IMG/VR virus record: IMGVR_UViG_3300049734_000086
Location: 1-64,000 of that record
Reading direction: 5' to 3' (one strand)
DNA from: a virus
DNA length: 64,000 bases
The position numbers and the translations under genes were made by a program. Shown piece by piece: positions 19,982-28,436 of the stretch. Numbering within the stretch: the first letter of the stretch is position 1; the number at the start of each line of letters is the position of its first letter. The notes under the pieces are model-generated. The model made no database searches. It was not told where the DNA came from and saw nothing but the letters and a program-made list of their open reading frames with translations.

Positions 19982-22900
19982 CTAGTCCACCAGGACCAGT
20001 TCCGGTTTCGCGGGCTGTGGATCCGGCGCGGGGACATCGGAGGGCCGTGCCCCTGCGTAGACCATGGTGTCGAACTCCGGGTTCTTGAGCGGCGTCAGGA
20101 AGTGCTTGGTGTGCCACGCGAGGAGGGACTGCGCCTCCTCTACGGTGCGGGCGTAGAAGACCTCGGGTTTCAGTTGGTGCGTGTTGAGACGTGGACGCCC
20201 CGCGCCGACACCCCAGAGGACCTCGAAGCCGACGCCGAGCCACTTCAGCGCCAGTTGGTACGACTTGTAGGCCAGGGGGTGGAGGCGGTGCGCCGGGTCT
20301 GAGAAGCCGTACTTGTCGTAGTAGGCGATGGTCGAGGTCAGGTACTGGTAGATCTTCGGCGTGAGCTGGGAGTCCGCGCCTTCGTATCCGGCCAGGACGG
20401 TCAGATCGCGCATGATCAGCACGTAGGCCAGCTCCCTGGGCTCTGGATCCTCGATCAGCTCCCGTTGCAGCAGGGGGAGGTTCCGCTGCGCCATCTTGTG
20501 GATGCGAATGGGTTCCGTTTCGTAGCCGTAGTGGACGATGTTGACCGAGGGCACATCGAGGGCCGGGAACACCGCCTCGTTCTTCTTGGTCTCGGGCTGT
20601 TCGTGGACCAGTCCGTAGAACTGGATGCCCCGGTTGGCGCGGAAGACGCGACAGGGGACATCGAAGAACTGGTCGAAGTCGAGCATCAGGTGGTGCTGCC
20701 GGATGATGTAGCCGAGATAGGGCCCCGCGCCGGTCAGTAGCGTGTGAAGCAGGTGCCCGCCCTGGAGATGTTCGTCGGCGTCAATCCACAGGATCCAGTC
20801 GGCTTGGTGGTCCTGCTCGGCCAGTCTGACAGACTGGTTGCGGACGGCCGAGAAGCCGCATTGCGGCCACTGGAGCCCCAGGGCGGTATGGTCGTGGACG
20901 TGGACGTGCGGGAACTGGGCGGCGACCGCCTTGGTCCCGTCGGTGGAGCCCGTGTCGATGATGACCGTGGCGTCGACCAGCGGCCAGATCGAGTGGAGGC
21001 ACCTGAACAGCCACTCCTCGGAGTCCCGGACCATCATCGTGGCGATGAGGCGCTGGTAGGGCCGGGTGGTCAGAATGGTGTGCCAGTGGTCGCAGGACAT
21101 CGACGGGTGAGCCTCGACGCCAGCCTCGGCCCGCCGCCACTGGATGATCCAGTGCCCGCACGAGTTCCCCCGGGGGCTGGGCCCGAAGTCGATGTGCTCC
21201 CACTTGGAGTGCTGCTTGCCCTGGAACAGCATCGTGATGTCCCGGAGCTGGAAGTGGTGCGTGTGGCCGCGTTGGAGCCGGGTGCGGAAGGGGATGTGCT
21301 CGGACAGGGGGCCGTGGGGGCAGGTGATGAGGCACAGGCCGCCGGGCTTGACGTGGGATTCGAGCCAGTCGATGACGAGGTGAGGCTCGGCGGTGTGTTC
21401 GAGGTACTCCCCGCAGAAGACCGCATCGTACCCCTCGCCGGGGACGGGCAGTGAGGGCATGGCGCTGAGATTGGCGTCGAGGAAGGTGACCCGGTCCTTC
21501 AGCCCCTCCTTGTCGATGGCGGTGAGGGCTTTGGCCAGGACGCCTTGCGAGTAGTCGACCAGACATACGCGGAGATCGGGCATGGCGCGGAGGGCCGCCA
21601 AGGCCAGACTGCCATTGCCGCAGGCCACGTCGAGTAGGGTCTTGATCCCCGCCTCCTTGAGGTAGTTGACGATGGCCAGCAGCCGGTAGGAGGTCCTGGC
21701 CTCCAGCTCGGTGTCCATCGAGAACTCCGCGTAGTCCTCGGCGGTCTGCTCCTCCTGGCGGATGACACGGTCGCAGAACTGATGCGCCTGCCACGCCTCC
21801 TGGGCCCATGGCTCGGTAGCGGTGTCGACGTGGCCTTCCCGGACAGCCGGGCCCTCGCCCTGGCGCTCCCAGTCGATGATGAGGTCACGGGCCACCAGCT
21901 TGGCTGCCACATGGTGGTCGTCATGGAGCAGCCGCCGGAGGACCTTCAGCTTCTCGGCCTGGTACCTCCGCTCGAACGACTCGACCAGGAACGTCTCCCA
22001 CTCCTGGGCGATGGTCTCGAACGTGTAGGCCGGGAACACGTGGGCCTTCCCCGCCTGCTGCATGTCGGAGTACAGCTCGTCGGCCTCCTCCTGGCTCTCC
22101 CCCTCGTCCCCGCCCGAGAGCGTGAACACGGCTTCGAGGAACGAGTCCTGGTAGGCCGCACTCATGGCGTCCCCTTCGATCAGGACGCCCGCGCCCTCGC
22201 CCACGGTCTCGGGGAGTGCGCCCTTGTAGGAACCGATCAGGACGCAGCCGCAGGCCTGGGCTTCCAGGGCGGCGATGCAGGAGGTCTCGGCGAAGTTGTC
22301 GACGCCCGGGTAGAGCATCAGGCGGGACGTGGTGAGGAGCTGGTAGAGGTCCGGCTTGGCCAGATTGCCGTGCCAGACGATGCCGCCGACCTTCTCGTTG
22401 ACGGCCGCGACCCGGCGGTCGTACTGCTCACAGACCTTGTGCCAGCCCTGGGCGTCGTACATCGAGTCGTAGCGACAGAGATGGAGTTCAGCGTCCGGGT
22501 AGCGTTCGCGGATCCGGGGCCACATCTTGAGCAGGGGGTCGAGGCCGCGCTCGGGACGCGAGATGTAGCAGTACTTGTGGCGGTTGCGTACCGGGTGAGG
22601 GACCTCGCGCCCCTCGAACGCCGCCAACCCGCCAGCGAGAGCTGCCTCGATGGACGAGGGCTGGTAGTGCTCGGGCCACACCGGGATCAGCGTGTGGTCG
22701 AAACCGTTCTTGGTCACCCACGACGGCGTCCCCCCGACAATGTCCTTCTGCTTCCCTTCCCACTGCTGGCGGTGGTACTGCGAGACGTAGACCAGGGTGT
22801 CGACCTGGGTCAGGGCCGAGGCGACCTGGGCCACGTCCGCGAGCATGTCCTGGTTCCACAGCAAATTGAGACCGGCCCGGGTCCTCATGGCGAACGGGCT

Positions 22901-23221
22901 GGTCATACGGAGGCTGACGAACACGTCCGGGGCGCAGACGCTGAGGGTTTCGGGCAGGTGCTCGGCCGGATGCCAGGAGACCCCGTCGTACTCACTGGGG
23001 TCCGTGGGGTCGAGCGTCAACTGCGCCGCAAAGATGTGGACATCATGGCCGCGCGAGGCAAGGTGCTTGGCCAGTCCGACGGCGGCCGACTCACTGCCGC
23101 CCAGGGAAGTCTTCCCCTCGATGACGGCACGGGAAAAGGGGACGGACTCGATGTAGAAGACGATGTTGAGGTTGGTCAGACGATAGTCGTCTGGCCGCAC
23201 GCCACTCGGAAGCATGATCAT
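19982..23221 (-). CDS. GT4-type glycosyltransferase + SAM methyltransferase + GT2 glycosyltransferase fusion
   Basis: LGGSE, SRPERGL, ETSCIAALEAQACG (GT-B); LLDVACGNG, EYLEH (class I MTase); DTGSTDGT, WIDADE, HYGY (GT-A). Confidence 0.88.
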   Translation of the reverse strand: MIMLPSGVRPDDYRLTNLNIVFYIESVPFSRAVIEGKTSLGGSESAAVGLAKHLASRGHDVHIFAAQLTLDPTDPSEYDGVSWHPAEHLPETLSVCAPDVFVSLRMTSPFAMRTRAGLNLLWNQDMLADVAQVASALTQVDTLVYVSQYHRQQWEGKQKDIVGGTPSWVTKNGFDHTLIPVWPEHYQPSSIEAALAGGLAAFEGREVPHPVRNRHKYCYISRPERGLDPLLKMWPRIRERYPDAELHLCRYDSMYDAQGWHKVCEQYDRRVAAVNEKVGGIVWHGNLAKPDLYQLLTTSRLMLYPGVDNFAETSCIAALEAQACGCVLIGSYKGALPETVGEGAGVLIEGDAMSAAYQDSFLEAVFTLSGGDEGESQEEADELYSDMQQAGKAHVFPAYTFETIAQEWETFLVESFERRYQAEKLKVLRRLLHDDHHVAAKLVARDLIIDWERQGEGPAVREGHVDTATEPWAQEAWQAHQFCDRVIRQEEQTAEDYAEFSMDTELEARTSYRLLAIVNYLKEAGIKTLLDVACGNGSLALAALRAMPDLRVCLVDYSQGVLAKALTAIDKEGLKDRVTFLDANLSAMPSLPVPGEGYDAVFCGEYLEHTAEPHLVIDWLESHVKPGGLCLITCPHGPLSEHIPFRTRLQRGHTHHFQLRDITMLFQGKQHSKWEHIDFGPSPRGNSCGHWIIQWRRAEAGVEAHPSMSCDHWHTILTTRPYQRLIATMMVRDSEEWLFRCLHSIWPLVDATVIIDTGSTDGTKAVAAQFPHVHVHDHTALGLQWPQCGFSAVRNQSVRLAEQDHQADWILWIDADEHLQGGHLLHTLLTGAGPYLGYIIRQHHLMLDFDQFFDVPCRVFRANRGIQFYGLVHEQPETKKNEAVFPALDVPSVNIVHYGYETEPIRIHKMAQRNLPLLQRELIEDPEPRELAYVLIMRDLTVLAGYEGADSQLTPKIYQYLTSTIAYYDKYGFSDPAHRLHPLAYKSYQLALKWLGVGFEVLWGVGAGRPRLNTHQLKPEVFYARTVEEAQSLLAWHTKHFLTPLKNPEFDTMVYAGARPSDVPAPDPQPAKPELVLVD

Positions 23222-23370
23222 CAGTCCTTCTGCGGCAGTGTGACCGCCGTGGCCACAAGGCGCGGTAAGTGGGTCTGCGAGTGAGGCCGTCAGCCCGCCG
23301 ATGGGCTCCGTGGGCCAGTGAGGTCAGCGTCTGGGGTCAGCGTCTGGGGTCGTCGAGGTCAGCGGGCAGG

Positions 23371-23511
23371 TCAGCGGCGTCGTCGGGATCGGCGTTTTAC
23401 AGGCTTACGAGCCCACCCGCCAGTCGCGTAGTAGGCGCGGACTTGGCGGGCGGTGTAGGTACGGCCCGAAGGTGAGCGGTAGCGGTTCTTACCGACCTTC
23501 TTGAAGGGCAC
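23371..23511 (-). CDS. small basic protein (46 aa), not in ORF track
   Basis: GTG start; MPFKKVGKNRYRSPSGRTYTARQVRAYYATGGWARKPVKRRSRRRR. Confidence 0.65.
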   Translation of the reverse strand: MPFKKVGKNRYRSPSGRTYTARQVRAYYATGGWARKPVKRRSRRRR

Positions 23512-23527
23512 GGGTCGGTCATCCCGG

Positions 23528-23728
23528 CTACGGAATCACCTTGGTGTTGACGTAACCCTGAGTCGTAATCGACACCGGGATCGCCGCCCCGGTCGTCGGA
23601 TGAATGCCCATCAGCACGACCCGGGTGCCGGGCGACTGTGCCTCGGCCGGGGTGGTCAGATTGTCGGCGAGCATGCCGACGATGATGCCGATGAGTACGC
23701 CGATTGCGATCTTGGCCCGCATGGTCAC
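23528..23728 (-). CDS. small signal-peptide/membrane protein
   Basis: Hydrophobic N-terminus, AEA motif, AAGGAG RBS. Confidence 0.65.
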   Translation of the reverse strand: MTMRAKIAIGVLIGIIVGMLADNLTTPAEAQSPGTRVVLMGIHPTTGAAIPVSITTQGYVNTKVIP

Positions 23729-23982
23729 TCCTTCTTGGTCCGGTCATCCGTCACGGGTGTACTCGAGCCTCGCCGGGGCAGTTCCGCCTTCTCGACCAGC
23801 TCGGACACCGGCTTGGTCGGTTCGGCGGTGTCCTCGGGCTTGCGGTTCTCCGGGTGTTCAGCCTCGGGCCCCAGCAGCTCGTTTGCCGCCTGCTTGAGGT
23901 CCTGGACTAGTTCGACGGTCACTTGACTGAGACTGGTCACGGCCTGCAGCTTCTTGAGCGCCTGTTTGGTCTTGTCGGTCAT
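23725..23982 (-). CDS. hypothetical protein (85 aa)
   Basis: GGAGG RBS; overlaps next start. Confidence 0.65.
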   Translation of the reverse strand: MTDKTKQALKKLQAVTSLSQVTVELVQDLKQAANELLGPEAEHPENRKPEDTAEPTKPVSELVEKAELPRRGSSTPVTDDRTKKE

Positions 23983-24325
23983 TGGGTCCCTCCGGGTGTG
24001 GGTGTGTTTCGAGATCCGGGCTGCAGGTGCAAGTTGTGCGCCTGAATCTCAATTCCCCCAGCAGCCGCGTCAGTACTTCACGTGCCCCCTCCGGCTGCCC
24101 GGTTTCCCCTGCAAACGGCAGGAGGCTTTCCGAGAGTGACCCGAGGAGCGCACACGACTCTTCGATTTGCTTGAGGACCGCCGGGTTCTGATTCTTGAGC
24201 GCATCGTCGGCCTGCTCCAGTCGTTCACGGATCCGCTTGGTGCGATGCGGACTCGCGCCCTTGTCGTCCTGGGCCTGCAAGTCCAGTTCGCGTAGCACGG
24301 GGTCGAAATACACTCTCTGTCGCAT
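23858..24325 (-). CDS. hypothetical protein
   Basis: GGAGA RBS downstream of a predicted promoter; 3' end overlaps the next gene. Confidence 0.5.
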   Translation of the reverse strand: MRQRVYFDPVLRELDLQAQDDKGASPHRTKRIRERLEQADDALKNQNPAVLKQIEESCALLGSLSESLLPFAGETGQPEGAREVLTRLLGELRFRRTTCTCSPDLETHPHPEGPNDRQDQTGAQEAAGRDQSQSSDRRTSPGPQAGGKRAAGARG

Positions 24326-24377
24326 CGGGGGTCTCCCAGGGGTCTGCAGCGGTCGTCGTGGCTCAGTCGGCGCGGGG

Positions 24378-24412
24378 AGTGTACGCTAAAAGGGTGGGTG
24401 TACGCAAAAGGG
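24378..24412 (-). promoter_or_regulatory. sigma70-like promoter overlapped by a direct repeat
   Basis: TTGCGT-18-TACACT; plus strand shows GTGTACGC(T)AAAAGGG twice. Confidence 0.5.
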
Positions 24413-24484
24413 CGGTGACCGGGTTTCTGCCGATCACCGCCAAAGTCAGTAGCGGGTTGTAACCGCCTTGACGCTACCACACTC

Positions 24485-24658
24485 TCAGGACACCTCCTCG
24501 GGCGGCTCGGTCTCATCGACCGGGGCCCACCCCTCGGCCCGCAGCGTCTTGCCCTGCGTGCGCCACTCTTCGTTGGTGACCGTCTTGTGTTCGCCCGTGT
24601 TGGCGTTGACCAGTTCCTTGGTGTTCTGCTGTCCGGGCGGGCCGTCTGGCTTTGGCAT
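24485..24658 (-). CDS. small protein (57 aa), not in ORF track
   Basis: MPKPDGPPGQQNTKELVNANTGEHKTVTNEEWR...; GGAGG RBS. Confidence 0.7.
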   Translation of the reverse strand: MPKPDGPPGQQNTKELVNANTGEHKTVTNEEWRTQGKTLRAEGWAPVDETEPPEEVS

Positions 24659-24711
24659 GAGTGGTTCCTCCCTGGGTGACGTGTGAACCGTGACCGTGGC
24701 TGTGACCGTAC

Positions 24712-25230
24712 CTAGGACCGTCCGCTGCCGCCCGAGGTGCCCGTGGTGGCCAGTTGCTTGGCGGCGGGGATTCCAGCTTCCTGCTCTCGCTGTCTGATCT
24801 TCAGGGCCTCGGCCTGGGCCATGGAGAGCGTGCCGAACTCGGCGGGCTCGTTGCCGGGCAGAGGCACGCGACCGCCCTGGTCCAGTCCCTCGTCCAGCTC
24901 CTCGCCCGTGTGCGGGTCGACGGCAGGCGGGGCGGCCATGGCGCGGACTTGCTGAATCGGGATGACCTCGCTGGTCCTCAGCACGAAGCCCTGGGGCACA
25001 CGTACCGTGACGTGCATGCCGTGGATCTCGTGGACAACCAGCCCGCCATAGAGACGGTCACCCTTCTTGACAGCCATGTCGGCGACGGCCTTCTCCGACT
25101 CCTTGTCGGCCTTCTTCTCGTCGCGCGACTTGTCGGCTTGCGCTTCCTCGAACGCCTCGGTGCGGCGCTCGGCATCGAGTTCCTGGCGCTCGATGACAGG
25201 ATCAACCGGCGGTTCTTCCTTCTTGGCCAT
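24712..25230 (-). CDS. hypothetical protein downstream of capsid gene
   Basis: 172 aa, charged N-terminus, GGAGG RBS. Confidence 0.75.
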   Translation of the reverse strand: MAKKEEPPVDPVIERQELDAERRTEAFEEAQADKSRDEKKADKESEKAVADMAVKKGDRLYGGLVVHEIHGMHVTVRVPQGFVLRTSEVIPIQQVRAMAAPPAVDPHTGEELDEGLDQGGRVPLPGNEPAEFGTLSMAQAEALKIRQREQEAGIPAAKQLATTGTSGGSGRS

Positions 25231-25264
25231 AACGTGTTCAACCTCCGCAGTTTCCAGGTTGCAT

Positions 25265-25310
25265 AAAACGGGCCGGGTTCCCCTTGACAGAGGGTGGGAA
25301 CCCGGCCCGG
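25265..25310 (-). terminator. intrinsic terminator after major capsid gene
   Basis: CGGGCCGGGTTCCC/GGGAACCCGGCCCG stem followed by TTTT. Confidence 0.8.
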
Positions 25311-25343
25311 TGTGTCGCGTAGAAGAAGCGAGTCAGTCTAGCA

Positions 25344-26528
25344 CTAGGCGCTGCGGGCCTGGAACATCTGCGCTTCCTGGTGCAGTTCCAGCGTGTACTC
25401 CCCGATGATGTGACGCCGTTCGTTGTCTCCCGTCTTGGCCAGATTCTGTCGCTGGAAGTTCCGGCCGGTGAGCGGCATGACGAAGATGCGGCGCGTGTCC
25501 ACGCCCATCATGGCCTGACGCGGCATCCAGGGCGAGACGATCTTGATCACGTCGCCGAAGTCGGTCGTGACTCGCTCGATGACCCGCTGCACGGTGCGGT
25601 CGGCCTGCTCGACCTGGATCTTGCTGGCGTTGGTGGCCGAGAGGGCCGCCGACCATTCCGAGCCCATGAGCAGTACGTTGAGGTTCCGCGCGCCAGCGTT
25701 CCACCCGACCTGCATCAGGGCATTGGTGTAGAACAGCGGGTCGGCGGTGAAGGAGCTGTTGACGATGATGCTGTTGTTGGTCGTCAGGATCGAGCGCAGC
25801 CCGTTCATGGTGCGGTAGGTGTTGTCGTCACCCAGGGAGCTGATGGCCACGGAACGGATGACGGCCTTTTCGAGGTCGCGTAGCAGTTCGATGGTCCGCA
25901 GGGTTTCCTGGTTCTCGATCTCCGAGCCCACGTTCGGGCGGGTCAGCACGGCCTGACGGGTGCCGCTGATCCGAATCGGCTTCTTGAAGATCTGGGTGAA
26001 GTTCTGCTTCGGGGTACGGGGCCGCGACACGTCACCGTCGGTGTCGTCGCCTTCCTTCTCCGCCGTCGAGATGACGAAGAGGGTACCGCCCGGGGCCAGG
26101 GAGTTCACACCCTGGGGGGTCAGACCGATGTTGCGGCTGACCAGGAGGCTGTTGGGCCCGGGAATCGAGGAGACCTGCACGATCTCACGGTTGCCCGAGG
26201 GCGGCTCGAACTCCAGGAGCATGCCGACCTGCAACAGGTGCGCGAGGCCGTCGGTCTGGAACCCGGTGGCGGCGGTGGCGCTGTTGATGGCGGTGGAGTT
26301 GATGATCCGGTCGGGGCCAATCGCCTGCTCGAACCACTGATGCACGGGCGAGATCGCCGGGCGCAGGGGCTGGGGCAGGAGGTCGAGGAACGGCGTCTCG
26401 AACGGGGACGCCAGGAGCAGGATTTCCGAGATGTCGGTGTCGATGACCTGGAAGTCATCGGAGGTGGCCAAGCCGGTGAAGACAGCGGCCCGGCTCACCT
26501 GCGGTGAAAGTCGGCGCGGGTATTTCAT
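25344..26528 (-). CDS. major capsid protein (HK97 fold, SU10/DUF5309-like)
   Basis: ETPF, HQWFE, EGDD, NFTQIFKKPIRISGT, TDFG, LAKTGD..IIGEYTLE; AAGGAGG RBS; downstream terminator. Confidence 0.9.
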   Translation of the reverse strand: MKYPRRLSPQVSRAAVFTGLATSDDFQVIDTDISEILLLASPFETPFLDLLPQPLRPAISPVHQWFEQAIGPDRIINSTAINSATAATGFQTDGLAHLLQVGMLLEFEPPSGNREIVQVSSIPGPNSLLVSRNIGLTPQGVNSLAPGGTLFVISTAEKEGDDTDGDVSRPRTPKQNFTQIFKKPIRISGTRQAVLTRPNVGSEIENQETLRTIELLRDLEKAVIRSVAISSLGDDNTYRTMNGLRSILTTNNSIIVNSSFTADPLFYTNALMQVGWNAGARNLNVLLMGSEWSAALSATNASKIQVEQADRTVQRVIERVTTDFGDVIKIVSPWMPRQAMMGVDTRRIFVMPLTGRNFQRQNLAKTGDNERRHIIGEYTLELHQEAQMFQARSA

Positions 26529-26876
26529 AGATGTCGGGCCTCCTTAGCGGCCTGAAGCAACCCTAGAAACGGACTAAGCGCGGAAGTCGGTTCCCCGTGA
26601 TTGTTACGGCCTGCGGGAACAGGCGGCCCTCCGTCACAGTGGCCGAGGAGGTCCCGGCAATCGGCGTACGGGTCGTCAGGATCGGCGAGTGGTCTTCGTG
26701 GTCAGTCTGGCGGGTCGTCGGGGGTCAGCGTCGGGAGTCGTCGAGGTCGTCAGGAGGGCGGGCCGGTGATGGCTGGGCACCGGCCCGCCGCGCAATGGCT
26801 ACCAGGGAGGGGTGGGAGTCGAGGACCACCCGGACCAGTTAGCACCGAGCAGTCTACACTACTCGTCAAGCCCGTT

Positions 26877-27833
26877 CTACTTCTGGGCCGCCTTCTTCTT
26901 CTCCTTCAGTTCCTGGACCTTGGCGGCGGCCACCTTGCTGGCCTGCATGTCACCCAGATCACCCGTCTTCTGGGCCTTGGCGCGGGCCTCCTTGTGGACC
27001 GTTTCGGCCGCCGCGATCTCCTTGTCGATGTCCGACACCGTCGCGCCCGTGTCCGAGCCTGACGCCCCGGCCCCACCGGCCCCACTGGGCTCTCCGTTGG
27101 CCTCGGCCTTGTACATCCAGGGCTTGTCGTGGCGGTGCTTCTCGATCAGGTCCTTCACGGTGACGGGCTTCCCGGCCTTGAGCAGTGGCTTGCCGTCGTC
27201 GCCGAGGATCATGGGCTTGCGCTCGTTGTCCAGCGTCATACGGGCGGCGAGCAGGGCCGCTACGTCACTGGGGTCGACCGCGCCCTGGGCGGTGGCCTCC
27301 AGGGCCAGGGCGTTGAAGCAGCGGTCCTGCCGAATCTCGCCCATCAGGGTCTCGATGGTCTTCTGCCGCTCACTGAGCGTCGAGTCGTGGTCCGCCTTGA
27401 TGGAGGCGACGACTTGGTCGTACTTCCCCTTCTCCTCCAGGGCGAGCCGTTCCCGCTCCTTTTCGGCCGCCTTGAGCCGTTCCAGTTCCTTGGCCTGCTC
27501 GGGGTCGGGGCCGGGGTTCTGCCGCCGCCACTGGGCGAGACGGTTCTCGATCAGTTCATCGAGCTGCGTCTGGAGCTGGGGCTTGGCGCGCAGGATCTCG
27601 GTCAGATTGTCGGCGAGACGGTCGGCGCCACCGCCCTGGTTGCCGCCCTGGGTGCCACCGCCGCCAGCACCCCCATTGCCGCCTTGGCCCTGCTGGCCAG
27701 ACTGGGCTGCATCGGCAGCGGCACTGCGGGCGAGAGGGAGGGGGAGGCCGTACAGTCGATAGGCGTGGGTCTTGGTCGTGGTCTTGGCTGTCAACGTCAT
27801 CGTACGAATCACCATGGTCGGCGGTCTCCTCAA
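26877..27833 (-). CDS. capsid scaffolding protein
   Basis: Gly-rich linker, ELIENRL coiled coil, KPWMYK..GAGGAG motif; upstream of MCP; start uncertain. Confidence 0.8.
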   Translation of the reverse strand: MRRPPTMVIRTMTLTAKTTTKTHAYRLYGLPLPLARSAAADAAQSGQQGQGGNGGAGGGGTQGGNQGGGADRLADNLTEILRAKPQLQTQLDELIENRLAQWRRQNPGPDPEQAKELERLKAAEKERERLALEEKGKYDQVVASIKADHDSTLSERQKTIETLMGEIRQDRCFNALALEATAQGAVDPSDVAALLAARMTLDNERKPMILGDDGKPLLKAGKPVTVKDLIEKHRHDKPWMYKAEANGEPSGAGGAGASGSDTGATVSDIDKEIAAAETVHKEARAKAQKTGDLGDMQASKVAAAKVQELKEKKKAAQK

Positions 27834-27834
27834 G

Positions 27835-28152
27835 TTACGGTTTTTCGGTCGGATTCTGGCCAGCCCCGCCCGATGGCGGGCTCATGGCTTTATGGACGGC
27901 CGCCCCGGTGGCGCGCGTGAAGCCGAAGACGCCAGCAGCCGATGTGGCCACGACGATCCAGGCGGCGAAGTACGAGAACAGTTGCGGGCGGCTCACCATG
28001 GCTTCCCGGCTGTAGCCCCACATCCCGCAGCCGATCGCGGCGATGGCCAGGACCAGCAGGGGGCCGTACTTGTCGGGGACCCCGCCCCATTTGACCAGAC
28101 TGGTCAGGGCGACGACGGCGGTGGAGACGGCGGCGATGGCTTCTGCGTCCAC
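27835..28152 (-). CDS. holin-like membrane protein
   Basis: Three hydrophobic segments; in lysis cluster. Confidence 0.6.
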   Translation of the reverse strand: MDAEAIAAVSTAVVALTSLVKWGGVPDKYGPLLVLAIAAIGCGMWGYSREAMVSRPQLFSYFAAWIVVATSAAGVFGFTRATGAAVHKAMSPPSGGAGQNPTEKP

Positions 28153-28161
28153 GGAACCTCC

Positions 28162-28425
28162 CTATTCGACGTGTCCACCACGGGCGAAGGCCTCGGTGGT
28201 GTCGTGCAGTAAGTACTTCACAATCTGCCACACCAGGGGCCCGAACTCCCGGGCGGCGGAGCCCATGGCGATGTAGCTGAGCGCCTTGAGTTCGCTCGCG
28301 TCGAAGACCGTGGCGGTGCCCCACAGGGCCAGAGCGAACACCCCTACGAGGCCCGACAGGATGCCGAGCTTCTTCCACGTGACCGTCGAGAGCTTTTGTA
28401 GCCGATACGGCTGTGAGACCATCAT
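28162..28425 (-). CDS. small membrane protein
   Basis: AAGGAG RBS; LGILSGLVGVFALALWG hydrophobic segment. Confidence 0.6.
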   Translation of the reverse strand: MMVSQPYRLQKLSTVTWKKLGILSGLVGVFALALWGTATVFDASELKALSYIAMGSAAREFGPLVWQIVKYLLHDTTEAFARGGHVE

Positions 28426-28436
28426 GGTCAGTCTCC

